Assembly (NCBI GenBank): GCA_963727205.1
Contig: CAVSFQ010000031.1
Coordinates: forward strand, 12,080 to 76,079
DNA from: an uncultured Acidobacteriota bacterium
GTDB lineage: Bacteria; Acidobacteriota; Thermoanaerobaculia; Thermoanaerobaculales; Thermoanaerobaculaceae
DNA: 64,000 bases
Direction: 5' to 3'
Part shown: in pieces, positions 25,300 to 34,094 of the stretch
How the letters are laid out: the number at the start of each line of letters is the position of its first letter
Position numbering within the stretch: position 1 is the first letter of the stretch
Notes under the pieces: model-generated
Told to the model about the DNA's origin: nothing
The model's database searches: none
The model's input: the letters and a program-made list of their open reading frames with translations, nothing else
Made by a program: the position numbers and the translations under genes

Positions 25300-26595
25300 C
25301 TACTCCTTCCGGGACGCGGCGCCCGCCATGATCTCGTTGGAGCGGATCACGCCGAGGATGCGATCCTGGGCATCGACGATCGGGATCATCCGGTAGTGGT
25401 ACTTGGCGAAGACGGCGGCGATGTCGTCCTGCAGGTCGCTCTCCTCGACCGAGACGACCGGCGACGTCATGATCGACGACACCGGCGTGTCGTCCGCCGC
25501 GAGCACCAGCTCGCGCAAGTCGACGACCCCCGTGAGGGTGCGTCCTTCCTGATTGACCACGTACACGTACGAGATCGCCTCCGGCTCCGATCCCGACTTC
25601 CGGATCCGGTCGAGGAGCGGCCCGACCCTGGTGTCCGGCGAAACGGCCACGAACTCGGGCGACATCAACGCCCCGGCCGTCGCCTCCCGCTCCGAGAGGA
25701 TCGCCCTGATCCGGGAGGCATCCTCGGGGGACAGCACCTCCATCAGCTCGGTTGCATCGTCGTGCGGCAGGACCGAAAAGAGCTTGGCGAGTTGCGGGAC
25801 GCTCATCTCCGAGAGGATCAGTCGCGCCCGCTCCTTGCGGAGGTCGGCGATCAGCTGGCGTTGGGCGCGCGGCTCGGCCTCGAGCAGCGTTTCGGCGGCC
25901 TTCTCGGAGTCCAGGGCGGAGAAAAGCGCCTCCTGCTCCTCGCCCTCCAACTCCTCGAGCGCGTCGGCGAGGTCCTCGCTCGGCAGGTCGAGCATCTGCC
26001 GGCGGGTCACGGAGAGCGACACCTTGTCGGTCGCGACGGCGTCCTCCACCGACAACGGCTGGACGTATTTCCACGAGATGAGCTCGTCCTTGACCCACTT
26101 CAGCTTGCCGAGGCCCCACCGGCGCAGGATCCCGTTCATCGAGGTGTCCACGTGCACGAGGAGGAGGTGGCCCTTGGCCTCGAGCAGGTGGACATCGTTG
26201 ACCACCTCGGTGCGGCGGCCATCCATGTCGAGGATCGTCCGGCCCATGAGGTGCGCGTCCACCAGCATCCAACCCGGCTGGTCCACGAACGGCGGGTAGA
26301 CCCCGCCGGTCTCGGGCGGTCGGACGAAGACCGCGTCGTCCTCGACCTTGACGACCCGCTCCCAGGGGATGAACTGCGTCGGTTTGCCCCATCCGAACTC
26401 GAGGAAGATGCCGACCGCCTCGGGGTAGGGCTCTTTCAGGGCGAAGACCAGGTCGGTGAGTCTCCCGATCCGGTCCTTGATCTTCCCGGCGCACACCGGC
26501 CGCTTGAGCAGCTGGGAGAAGAAGAAAAAGCGGAAGTTCCCAATTCCCTGCGGCAGGTCCGGGACTCTCGGCGGCTGGACGGTCGGCGCTGCCAT
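25300..26595 (-). CDS. Soluble PRC-barrel x2 / MgtE N-terminal domain / CBS-pair protein (no membrane domain)
   Basis: 431 aa with two PRC-barrel-like segments, an MgtE_N-like helical region (LADALEELEGEEQEALFSALDSEKAAETLLEAEP ... LAKLFSVLPHDDATELMEVLSPEDASRI), then two CBS motifs. There are no TM helices. Confidence 0.75.
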   Translation of the reverse strand: MAAPTVQPPRVPDLPQGIGNFRFFFFSQLLKRPVCAGKIKDRIGRLTDLVFALKEPYPEAVGIFLEFGWGKPTQFIPWERVVKVEDDAVFVRPPETGGVYPPFVDQPGWMLVDAHLMGRTILDMDGRRTEVVNDVHLLEAKGHLLLVHVDTSMNGILRRWGLGKLKWVKDELISWKYVQPLSVEDAVATDKVSLSVTRRQMLDLPSEDLADALEELEGEEQEALFSALDSEKAAETLLEAEPRAQRQLIADLRKERARLILSEMSVPQLAKLFSVLPHDDATELMEVLSPEDASRIRAILSEREATAGALMSPEFVAVSPDTRVGPLLDRIRKSGSEPEAISYVYVVNQEGRTLTGVVDLRELVLAADDTPVSSIMTSPVVSVEESDLQDDIAAVFAKYHYRMIPIVDAQDRILGVIRSNEIMAGAASRKE

Positions 26596-26604
26596 ATTTC
26601 CCTC

Positions 26605-27921
26605 CTACTTGCCCGCCCCGAACAAGCCGGGGAACAACGTGCTGACCGCGAACAGGGTGGACATCAACGTCACGAAGAGAACGATGCTCCAGTTCGCGAT
26701 GTTCTGCCAGCGCGTGTTGACGTACTCTCCGACGAACGCCGGATCGTTGAGGATCAGGATGAGGAAGACCAGGGCCGAGGGGAGCAGCGTCACGGCCGCG
26801 ACCTGCACGAACATCGTGATCGCGATCAGCGGCGCCCCGGGGATCAGCACGATCGCGCCGGCGCCGAGCAGCATCGCCACGTGGACGACGTAGAACCAGG
26901 GCGCTTCCTTCACGCTCTTGTTGAGCGAGTGCGCCCAGCCGAACACCTCGCCCACCGCCCACGAGGTGGAGAGGGAAATGCAGAGCGCGCCCAAAAAACC
27001 CGCGTCGAAGAGGCCGATCGCGAAGAGCTTCCTCGCCAGGGCGCCGTACCCGCCGAGGAGCGGCACGATCGCCTCGGCGGTCTGCTTGGCGTCCTCGATG
27101 ACGATGGGAGGGTGGTGGTAGTAGAACGCCGCGCCCGTCGTGACGATGATGAACGCGGCCACGATGCCGGTGATGAGCGAGCCGGCGAACGTGTCGATCT
27201 TGCCGAACTTGACGTCGTGGACGTCGAGTCCCTTGTCGACGACGGAGCTCTGCTGGAAGAAGATCTGCCACGGCGTGATCGTCGTCCCGATGTTCGCCAG
27301 AATGATGAACAGCAGCCCGCCAGACATCCCTCCGGGCAACGTCGGGAGGAGGAGCCCTTCGAACACCTTGCCCCAGCCTGGACTGGTCGTGGTCTTCATG
27401 GCCCAGAACGCTGCCGGGATGTAAACGAGGTTGAAGGCGCAGAAAAAGAGCGTCAGCCGCTCGAACGTCCAGTACGTTCCGGTCATCGAGACGGCCACGA
27501 GGATGGCGGTCACCGACAGAAAGGTGACCACCGGCGGGACGCCGAACAGGCTCATCGCGGCGATCATCCCGATGTACTCCGTGACCAGCGTCAGCAGGTT
27601 GACGATGGCGAGATCGACGAGCGAGAACCATCCCCAGAACGGGCCGAACCCCTCGAAGATCGCTTCGGCGTGCCCGCGCTTCGTCACGGCGCCGAGGCGA
27701 ACGGTCATCTCCTGGATGTAATACGCCATCGGGACGAGGATGAAAATGATCCAAAGCAGCGAGAAGCCGTACTTGGAACCGGTCACGGCGTATGTGGAGA
27801 TCCCGCCGGCGTCGTTGTCGGCCACCATCGTGATGATCCCGGGGCCGAGCACCGCCCCGAAGATCAGGAGCCGGCGCTTGAACCGGTTCAGGACGTGAAA
27901 GCTCTTCGAGACCCAGTACAT
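26605..27921 (-). CDS. Nramp/SLC11-family transporter with non-canonical metal-site residues
   Basis: 438 aa with about 11 TM helices and the Nramp fold. The TM1 motif reads DNDAGG where DPGN is expected, and the TM6 motif reads GTTITPWQ where GA..MPHN is expected. Confidence 0.85.
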   Translation of the reverse strand: MYWVSKSFHVLNRFKRRLLIFGAVLGPGIITMVADNDAGGISTYAVTGSKYGFSLLWIIFILVPMAYYIQEMTVRLGAVTKRGHAEAIFEGFGPFWGWFSLVDLAIVNLLTLVTEYIGMIAAMSLFGVPPVVTFLSVTAILVAVSMTGTYWTFERLTLFFCAFNLVYIPAAFWAMKTTTSPGWGKVFEGLLLPTLPGGMSGGLLFIILANIGTTITPWQIFFQQSSVVDKGLDVHDVKFGKIDTFAGSLITGIVAAFIIVTTGAAFYYHHPPIVIEDAKQTAEAIVPLLGGYGALARKLFAIGLFDAGFLGALCISLSTSWAVGEVFGWAHSLNKSVKEAPWFYVVHVAMLLGAGAIVLIPGAPLIAITMFVQVAAVTLLPSALVFLILILNDPAFVGEYVNTRWQNIANWSIVLFVTLMSTLFAVSTLFPGLFGAGK

Positions 27922-28313
27922 GGACCGCTGCCCTCAGCGCTCACGACACACCCCTGTGGAGCGGGCGTCGTCGCCAGCCGGAACCCTCGGCCCAGCTGCA
28001 CGTCTCGTTGTAAGGCGGCGAAGCATGCGCATCTCCGTTTCCCCGCAGGGACCCAAGGCCGGAGACGCGCCGCGGACGGGAATCAGATGCGCGGTGCCGC
28101 AGCGCTCGCCGGCCGGCGAGCCCGAGTGTAGAAGTCGCTTTCCCGACTTGGAGGTTCCATCTGTCCTTTCCACCCCATGTCCGGCGCCGGCTGCGACGCC
28201 GTCACCTCACGGCACACGACCACGATTGGCCCTTGTAGTCCAGGTCCGCACCGGTTGTCAACCGCCGCGCGACCACCCCGGCGAGGGGTTTCTTCGCTAC
28301 AATATCGCCAGCA

Positions 28314-29816
28314 ATGTCTCTCCCCCGCATCTTCGTTACGGGCGCCTCCGGCTTCGTCGGCCGCCACCTCCTGGAGAAGATCAAGGAGCGCTATCGGATC
28401 GTCGGCCTCGGGCGCCGTTCACAGCGCGACTGCGGCGCGCCGGTGCATGCCAACATCGCCTGGTCGCAGGTCGACATCGGCGAACGCGAACCGCTCGCGC
28501 GCGTGTTCGAGGGGGTCGCGGCGAGCGGCGGCGCCGATGTGCTGCTGCATCTGGCCGCCCACTACGATTTCACCGGGGACGAGGACCCCGAGTACTGGCG
28601 AACCAACGTCGAGGGGCTGCGCAACGTCCTCGAGCTCGCCAAGGGCCTCAAGCTCCGCCGCCTCATCTTCGCGAGTTCGGTTGCGGCGTGCCGGTTCCCT
28701 CCGCCCGGCCGCGCTCTCGACGAGACGAGCGTCCCCGACGGCGATCACATCTACGCGCGCACCAAGCGCATCGGCGAGGAGATGGTCCGGGAATACTCCG
28801 CGTTCTTCCCCACCTGCACCGTCCGCTTCGCGGCGCTCTTCTCGGACTGGTGCGAGTACGCTCCCCTCTACGTGTTCCTCGAGACCTGGTTGTCGCGGCG
28901 GTGGAACGCGAGGGTCCTCGGCGGGCGCGGCGTCTCGGCGATCCCGTACCTGCACGTGCGCGACGCGGTGCGCGCCCTCCAGGTCCTGCTCGCGCAACCC
29001 GACCTCCCACGCGAGCGGGAGGTTTTCGTCATCAGCCCCGACCGCGCCGTCTCACACCGCGAACTCTTCACGGCGGCCCGGATGACCGGCTTCGGGCAGG
29101 CCTCCCGCCCGATCTGCCTGCCCAGGGCGCTGTGCGGACCAGGCATGCGGGCGCTCGACCTGCTCGGACGCGCCCTCGGCGAGCGGCCGTTCGAGCGGCC
29201 CTGGATGGCGAAGTACATCGACCTCGCGATGCGGGTGGATGCTGCCCGCACCCGCGGCCGCCTCGCGTGGGCGCCCCGCCCGCGCCTCGAGATCCTCCGC
29301 CGCCTGCCGTTCCTGCTCGAGAACCGCAAGACGCAGCCGGCGAACTGGAGCTGCGTCAACCTGGCGGCGATGAAGTCCGTGAGCATCCACCCGAACCTCC
29401 AGATCCATCGCCTGCTCGAGGCCCACGAGGCGGAGATCTGGGGCGCGATGACCGATCAGCTCCTCATGCCGGATCGGCGCCGGAGGTATCCGAAGTACGA
29501 GCAGATCCCGAGGCACGAGCACGACTGGTACAACCGGCTGCTGCTGCACAGCCTCATGAATTCCGTCCGCACGCGCGAAAAGGCGCTGTTTCGCTCGCAT
29601 TGCCGCGACCTCGCCGAGCGCCGCCGGGCGCAGGGTTTCACCGCGGACGAGGTGTGCTTCGCGCTCCGCCTCCTCAACGAGGCCTGCATCAAGACACTGT
29701 CGGCGGAACCTGCGCCCGTGAGCCTCGCCGAACTCGACGACTACATCACCGCGGCGGTCCAGTTCGGCATCGACGAGGTCGAGGATGTCTTCGACCAGGA
29801 CGGAGGGGGACGGTAG
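28314..29816 (+). CDS. Extended SDR (NAD-dependent epimerase/dehydratase-like) fused to a C-terminal helical domain, paralog 1
   Basis: GASGFVG Rossmann motif and YARTK (YxxxK). The SDR fold covers about 330 aa, followed by a helical extension of about 170 aa containing GFTADEVCFALRLLNEAC. Confidence 0.8.
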   Translation: MSLPRIFVTGASGFVGRHLLEKIKERYRIVGLGRRSQRDCGAPVHANIAWSQVDIGEREPLARVFEGVAASGGADVLLHLAAHYDFTGDEDPEYWRTNVEGLRNVLELAKGLKLRRLIFASSVAACRFPPPGRALDETSVPDGDHIYARTKRIGEEMVREYSAFFPTCTVRFAALFSDWCEYAPLYVFLETWLSRRWNARVLGGRGVSAIPYLHVRDAVRALQVLLAQPDLPREREVFVISPDRAVSHRELFTAARMTGFGQASRPICLPRALCGPGMRALDLLGRALGERPFERPWMAKYIDLAMRVDAARTRGRLAWAPRPRLEILRRLPFLLENRKTQPANWSCVNLAAMKSVSIHPNLQIHRLLEAHEAEIWGAMTDQLLMPDRRRRYPKYEQIPRHEHDWYNRLLLHSLMNSVRTREKALFRSHCRDLAERRRAQGFTADEVCFALRLLNEACIKTLSAEPAPVSLAELDDYITAAVQFGIDEVEDVFDQDGGGR

Positions 29817-29858
29817 CGACGCGGGTCTGGTAGTATCGTTCATCACTGGGAGAGCGCG

Positions 29859-30290
29859 ATGGGATCGGGCCGCAGGCTGATGATGATCGACGACGACGTC
29901 AACCTGGTGAGCGTCTTCAAGCTCGTCTGCACGGCCAAGGGCTACGAGTTCTTTTCGGCCCATTCCGCCGCCGAGGCCCTCGAGAAGATCCCCGAAGTGG
30001 AGCCCGACCTCATCATCCTGGACGTGATCATGGAAGACTTCGTAGCGGGCTTCCGGGTCGTGAGCGAGCTGCGGGCCGGCGGCCCGGACTCTCGGTTCGC
30101 CAAGTACGCGAAGGTCCCCATCATCATGCTGACGAGCGTGACCAGCAAGACCCACCTCAACTTCTCCGACCGGGTCGGGACGGCGCTCCTCCCCGTCGAC
30201 GACTTCATCGAGAAGCCGGTCAAGCCCGCCGAGATCCTCGCGAGGATCGAGGCCATGCTGGCAAAGACGCGGGCGCCGGGCGCCTCCTGA
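29859..30290 (+). CDS. Single-domain response regulator (receiver only)
   Basis: 143 aa with MMIDDD acidic pocket, phospho-acceptor context LIILDVIM and conserved Lys in IEKPVKP. There is no output domain. Confidence 0.9.
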   Translation: MGSGRRLMMIDDDVNLVSVFKLVCTAKGYEFFSAHSAAEALEKIPEVEPDLIILDVIMEDFVAGFRVVSELRAGGPDSRFAKYAKVPIIMLTSVTSKTHLNFSDRVGTALLPVDDFIEKPVKPAEILARIEAMLAKTRAPGAS

Positions 30291-30301
30291 CCGCGCGGTC
30301 C

Positions 30302-32302
30302 CTATCCCGGCCCGGCGCCGCCGGCGTTCTCCTCCGCCGGCGCCGGCGCAACGGGGAGGGTGAAGATGAATTCCGCCCACCACCCTGGATCGGACTCGGC
30401 CCAGATATGACCGCCGTGCTTTTCGATGATCCGCTGCGACACGAACAGCCCCAGGCCGGTGCCCGATTTCGTGTCGTCGCCTCCGGAAGTCAGCCGTGAG
30501 AACTTCTGGAAGAGCTTCTCGCCGGCGCCCCGCTCGAAGCCGTCGCCCTCGTTCCAGACGCTGAAACGCAGCGACCGCCCGTCATCGGCCGGATGCGCAG
30601 CGACGAGGATTTCGCCCCCTTCGCGGCCGTACTTGATGGCGTTCGACAGGAGGTTCTGGAAGACCGAGGCGATGAGGCCAGGGTCGCACACGCCCTTGAG
30701 ACTGGCCGGCACGTCGCAGACGATGCGCATGCCCCGGTCGGTCGCCAGATCGGAGAGCCGGTCGATCAGGGGTTCGATCATGCCGGGGCAGAAGCGGACC
30801 TCGGCGAGGTGCAGCTTCAGCTCCCCCTCTTCGATCCGGCTGAGATTGAGGTAGTTCGCAATCGTGTCGCGGAGGTAATCGGCGCTGATCGAGGCCGCCT
30901 TGAGGAGCGCCTCCTGCTTCGTATTCAGGGAGCCGAGGATATGGTCGCGGAGGGACCCGATAGCGAACACGATCGAGGCCAGCGGCGACTTCAGCTCGTG
31001 CGTGACGAAGCCGAGCATCTCGAGGTAGGCCCGGTTCCTTTCCTCCGCCTGAAGGTAGGCCTTCTGCAGGGCGAGGGAGGCCTCGTGCAGCTCGTTGCTG
31101 CGGACCTCGAGGGCCGCCGCCATCGAGTTGAACGCCTGCCCCAGCTCCGTCACCTCCTGGCTGGCGTGGACCACCTTCACCCTCGCCCCGAGGTTGCCTC
31201 CGGAGAGCTCGCGCGTGGCGCGCACCAGGTGCATGATCGGCCTGCGGAAACCGCTCGAGAGGTACATCGCGATCCCCGCGGCGAGCGCCAGCGACAGGAA
31301 CGTGATCCCGAGATATTCCAGGGCGAGGCCCGACTTGTACCCGAGGTACTGCTTCTCCAGCAACCCGACGTAGATGATGCCGATGATGGCGCCCGTCGGG
31401 TCCCTGATCGGGTCGTACGCGGAGAGGTACCAGTCGTTCACGACGAACGCACGGTCGGCGAAACGCTCGCCGCGACGGAGGACCTTGTCGTAGACCTCCT
31501 CCGAGATCCTCGTCCCCAGGGCGCGCGTTCCCGTGTCGAGCATCACGTTGGTGGCGATGCGCACGTCCCCGAGGAAGATCGTCACGGTGCCCACCGGCTT
31601 GCCCAGGTAGGTCCTGTCGCCGAACGCGGCATTGCGGATGCGGTCGACGAGGGCGGACTTCCGGTTGAGCAGGACGCCGCCGTAGACGACGCCCAGCACG
31701 CGCTCGTGGGCGTCCAGCACCGGGATCGCCGCCTCGATGACCATCCCCCGGTCCTCGACGGTCCTGTCCGTGGGGGTCGCGCGTGCCGTGTTGACGATCG
31801 GGATGCGGGCCCTCTCCGCGAGCCTTTCACCCTCGCGGAGCAACTCGGCCCGCGACATGAGGATCGTGCCGCTGGCGGCCGTCCCTGCGAGGGCGGAGCC
31901 GATGACCGCGTTTGCCTCCACCTTGTCCCCCGCCGCGAACGGCGGCCGGGACCGCGCGATCACGCGACCGTCCTCCCCCACGAGGGCGAGGAAGTCGACC
32001 TCGTACTTCCGGCGGAACGCGTCGAGCTCGTTCGAGATCCCGGCGCTCGAGAGCTGGCCGCGCAACGCCGACCTCAGAGACTCGCTCTGGGACACCATGC
32101 TCACGACGACCTGCATTCGCGTCCGTTCGGTCTCGTAGGCGGACCAGGCGGCGCCGAGGTCCATCTCGACCCTCAGCATCGCTTCCTTCACGACCGTCCT
32201 GGAGATGAAGGAGAATCCGGTCCAAGTGCTGACGGACGCCACGATCCCGATCACCAGGATGAACCCCAGGAGCAGCCTGGTCCTGAAGGCGAGCCTGGTC
32301 AC
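30302..32302 (-). CDS. Sensor histidine kinase (large extracytoplasmic sensor domain, HAMP, HisKA, HATPase_c)
   Basis: N-terminal TM, an extracytoplasmic region of about 290 aa (Cache-like, inference), second TM, HAMP, H-box FVTHELKSPL, N-box LLSNAIKYG, G-boxes NEGDGF and GTGLGL. Confidence 0.9.
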   Translation of the reverse strand: MTRLAFRTRLLLGFILVIGIVASVSTWTGFSFISRTVVKEAMLRVEMDLGAAWSAYETERTRMQVVVSMVSQSESLRSALRGQLSSAGISNELDAFRRKYEVDFLALVGEDGRVIARSRPPFAAGDKVEANAVIGSALAGTAASGTILMSRAELLREGERLAERARIPIVNTARATPTDRTVEDRGMVIEAAIPVLDAHERVLGVVYGGVLLNRKSALVDRIRNAAFGDRTYLGKPVGTVTIFLGDVRIATNVMLDTGTRALGTRISEEVYDKVLRRGERFADRAFVVNDWYLSAYDPIRDPTGAIIGIIYVGLLEKQYLGYKSGLALEYLGITFLSLALAAGIAMYLSSGFRRPIMHLVRATRELSGGNLGARVKVVHASQEVTELGQAFNSMAAALEVRSNELHEASLALQKAYLQAEERNRAYLEMLGFVTHELKSPLASIVFAIGSLRDHILGSLNTKQEALLKAASISADYLRDTIANYLNLSRIEEGELKLHLAEVRFCPGMIEPLIDRLSDLATDRGMRIVCDVPASLKGVCDPGLIASVFQNLLSNAIKYGREGGEILVAAHPADDGRSLRFSVWNEGDGFERGAGEKLFQKFSRLTSGGDDTKSGTGLGLFVSQRIIEKHGGHIWAESDPGWWAEFIFTLPVAPAPAEENAGGAGPG

Positions 32303-32341
32303 GGACAGGCTCCGACCGAAGGAGACTCTCCGGTCAACGCC

Positions 32342-33979
32342 TCATCTCCTCTGCACGAGGCAGCTCCAAATCGTGCTCTCGATCGACTCGCGGGCCGTCG
32401 TGCCGTCCTCCCCGGGTTCCTTGACGCCGTCACCGGACATCGTCGCACCGCGCTCCTCCAGCCGCTCGTACTGACCCCGCACCTCCTCCATCGCCAGTTC
32501 GATCGGCACGGTGACCCGGTCGAACAGCTCGTGCTCGAACCGCCTGAGGTCGGTACGGCGCCGCAGCGCCTCGACGATCACGTCGTTCATCACCCGTAGG
32601 AACAGGCAGACCTCGTCCACCGAGAAGCCGGCCTTGAACCGGCTGACGCCCGTGACCTCGAGGTAGTTCACCAGCAGCATCCTGTTGCTGGTTTGGACCG
32701 AAGTCACCAGCAGCCGGTGCCACAGCCGCGCCAGCCAGACCAGCTTGGAGGTATCCATCGCGGCGTACGAGGGCAGGCGGCCCTGCGCCGCTTCCTCGCC
32801 GACCCGTTGGGCGAGGGCATCGAGGAACTGGTTCTCCTCGGTGACGAGCGCCTTGAGAATGGCGAGATCGGGGCGGACGATCTCCTTCCTCATCACCGCC
32901 GCGTTCCGGGCGTGCCATTCGACCGACTCGCTCTTGAAGCGCTCGATCAGAAAGGGAAGCCTCCTCTCCATCTGGTACCTGGCGCTCGGCGACCATTCGA
33001 GGCGGGCGCAACTGTGCGAATTGTCCACCTCCATTTGTCGGTCGATGTAGTGGTACATCCAGAGCCGCTCGAACGGCATCGGTCCCCGGATCCGTCCCAG
33101 GGCGGTCATCAACACCATGCCGAGGCCGCAGAGGGGGGCGGGACACCCGATCGCGCGTTTCGCCGACCCGGAGTACGAACGGGTCGCGAGCTCGAACAGC
33201 CGGAGGTGCGAGGTGCAACCCGTCGTCGAGGCGATCAGGATCTCTCCCGGCCGCAGGCGATCGCGCCGGACGAGCAGGTGCCTGATGAACGTGACGACAT
33301 CGCGGATGTGAATGTAGGGGATCGCGCTCTCCCCCGAGCCCGCCAGGATCCGCGACCGCCACGAACGGCCGAGCCATGTGTTCAGAAACACGTAGAGCGG
33401 GGGGTACTCGCACCAGTCGCTGTAGACCGCTCCGAAACGCACGATGCAGGTCGGGACCGAGTCGCGCTGCTCACGCACCAGCCGTTCGCCCTCCCGCTTG
33501 CTCCAGGCGTAGATGTGCCGGCCGTCGGGCGGTGTCGCCTCGGTGATCGGGCCCTCGCGCCGCGGAAATTCGCACGCCGCCACCGAGCTCGCGAACACGA
33601 AGCGCTCGAGGTCCAGGCTTCTTGCCAGCTCGAGGACGTTCTTCGTCCCCTCGACGTTCGTCCGCCGGTACTCCGGCCGGTGCTCGCCCGCGTAGTCGTA
33701 GTACGCCGCCAAGTGGAGGAGGACCCTGGCGCCGCCGGCCGAGGCGATCTCGCGGAACGTCCGCGCGAGACCGTCGAGGTCGCCGATGTCCACCTGCATC
33801 CATGCGATGTTGGGGTGGACCGGCGCGCCGCACTCGCGCTGGGAGCGGCGGGCGATCGCGAAGATGCGATACTCGTCCTTGAGCTCCTCAAGCAGGTGCC
33901 GCCCAACGAAACCGGATGCGCCGGTGACGATCAGCGCCGGCCGGGGCATGTGAAGGCCACCTGGAGGCTCTTGAGACAA
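32342..33979 (-). CDS. Extended SDR fused to a C-terminal helical domain, paralog 2
   Basis: GASGFVG and YAWSK. Long blocks are shared with paralog 1 (RRSQRECGAPVHPNIAW, LLHLAA, RTNVEG, FASSVAAC, SDWCEYPPLYVF). The C-terminal extension of about 210 aa contains GFSVDEVCLFLRVMNDV. The true start may be the internal Met (MPRPALIV). Confidence 0.8.
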   Translation of the reverse strand: MSQEPPGGLHMPRPALIVTGASGFVGRHLLEELKDEYRIFAIARRSQRECGAPVHPNIAWMQVDIGDLDGLARTFREIASAGGARVLLHLAAYYDYAGEHRPEYRRTNVEGTKNVLELARSLDLERFVFASSVAACEFPRREGPITEATPPDGRHIYAWSKREGERLVREQRDSVPTCIVRFGAVYSDWCEYPPLYVFLNTWLGRSWRSRILAGSGESAIPYIHIRDVVTFIRHLLVRRDRLRPGEILIASTTGCTSHLRLFELATRSYSGSAKRAIGCPAPLCGLGMVLMTALGRIRGPMPFERLWMYHYIDRQMEVDNSHSCARLEWSPSARYQMERRLPFLIERFKSESVEWHARNAAVMRKEIVRPDLAILKALVTEENQFLDALAQRVGEEAAQGRLPSYAAMDTSKLVWLARLWHRLLVTSVQTSNRMLLVNYLEVTGVSRFKAGFSVDEVCLFLRVMNDVIVEALRRRTDLRRFEHELFDRVTVPIELAMEEVRGQYERLEERGATMSGDGVKEPGEDGTTARESIESTIWSCLVQRR

Positions 33980-34094
33980 CCGCCGGTCATCGCGGATTTC
34001 CCTTCGTCTTCGAGTAAGAATAGCATCCCGGCCGTCCCGGCCGGCGCCGCGACGCCCCTCTCGACGGCGTCACGATTCCGGCGGCCGCCCCGGC

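Noticed and set aside
27922-28313. M-box (Mg2+) or yybP-ykoY (Mn2+) riboswitch upstream of the Nramp gene.
   Set aside because: I compared the leader by eye with the remembered conserved cores (GUUAGGUGAGGC ... AGUGCUAAAGC for the M-box; GGGGAGUAG ... AGCAAGACC-like for yybP-ykoY). Only a weak GUGAGGUGAC resemblance was found. This cannot be claimed without a covariance-model scan.
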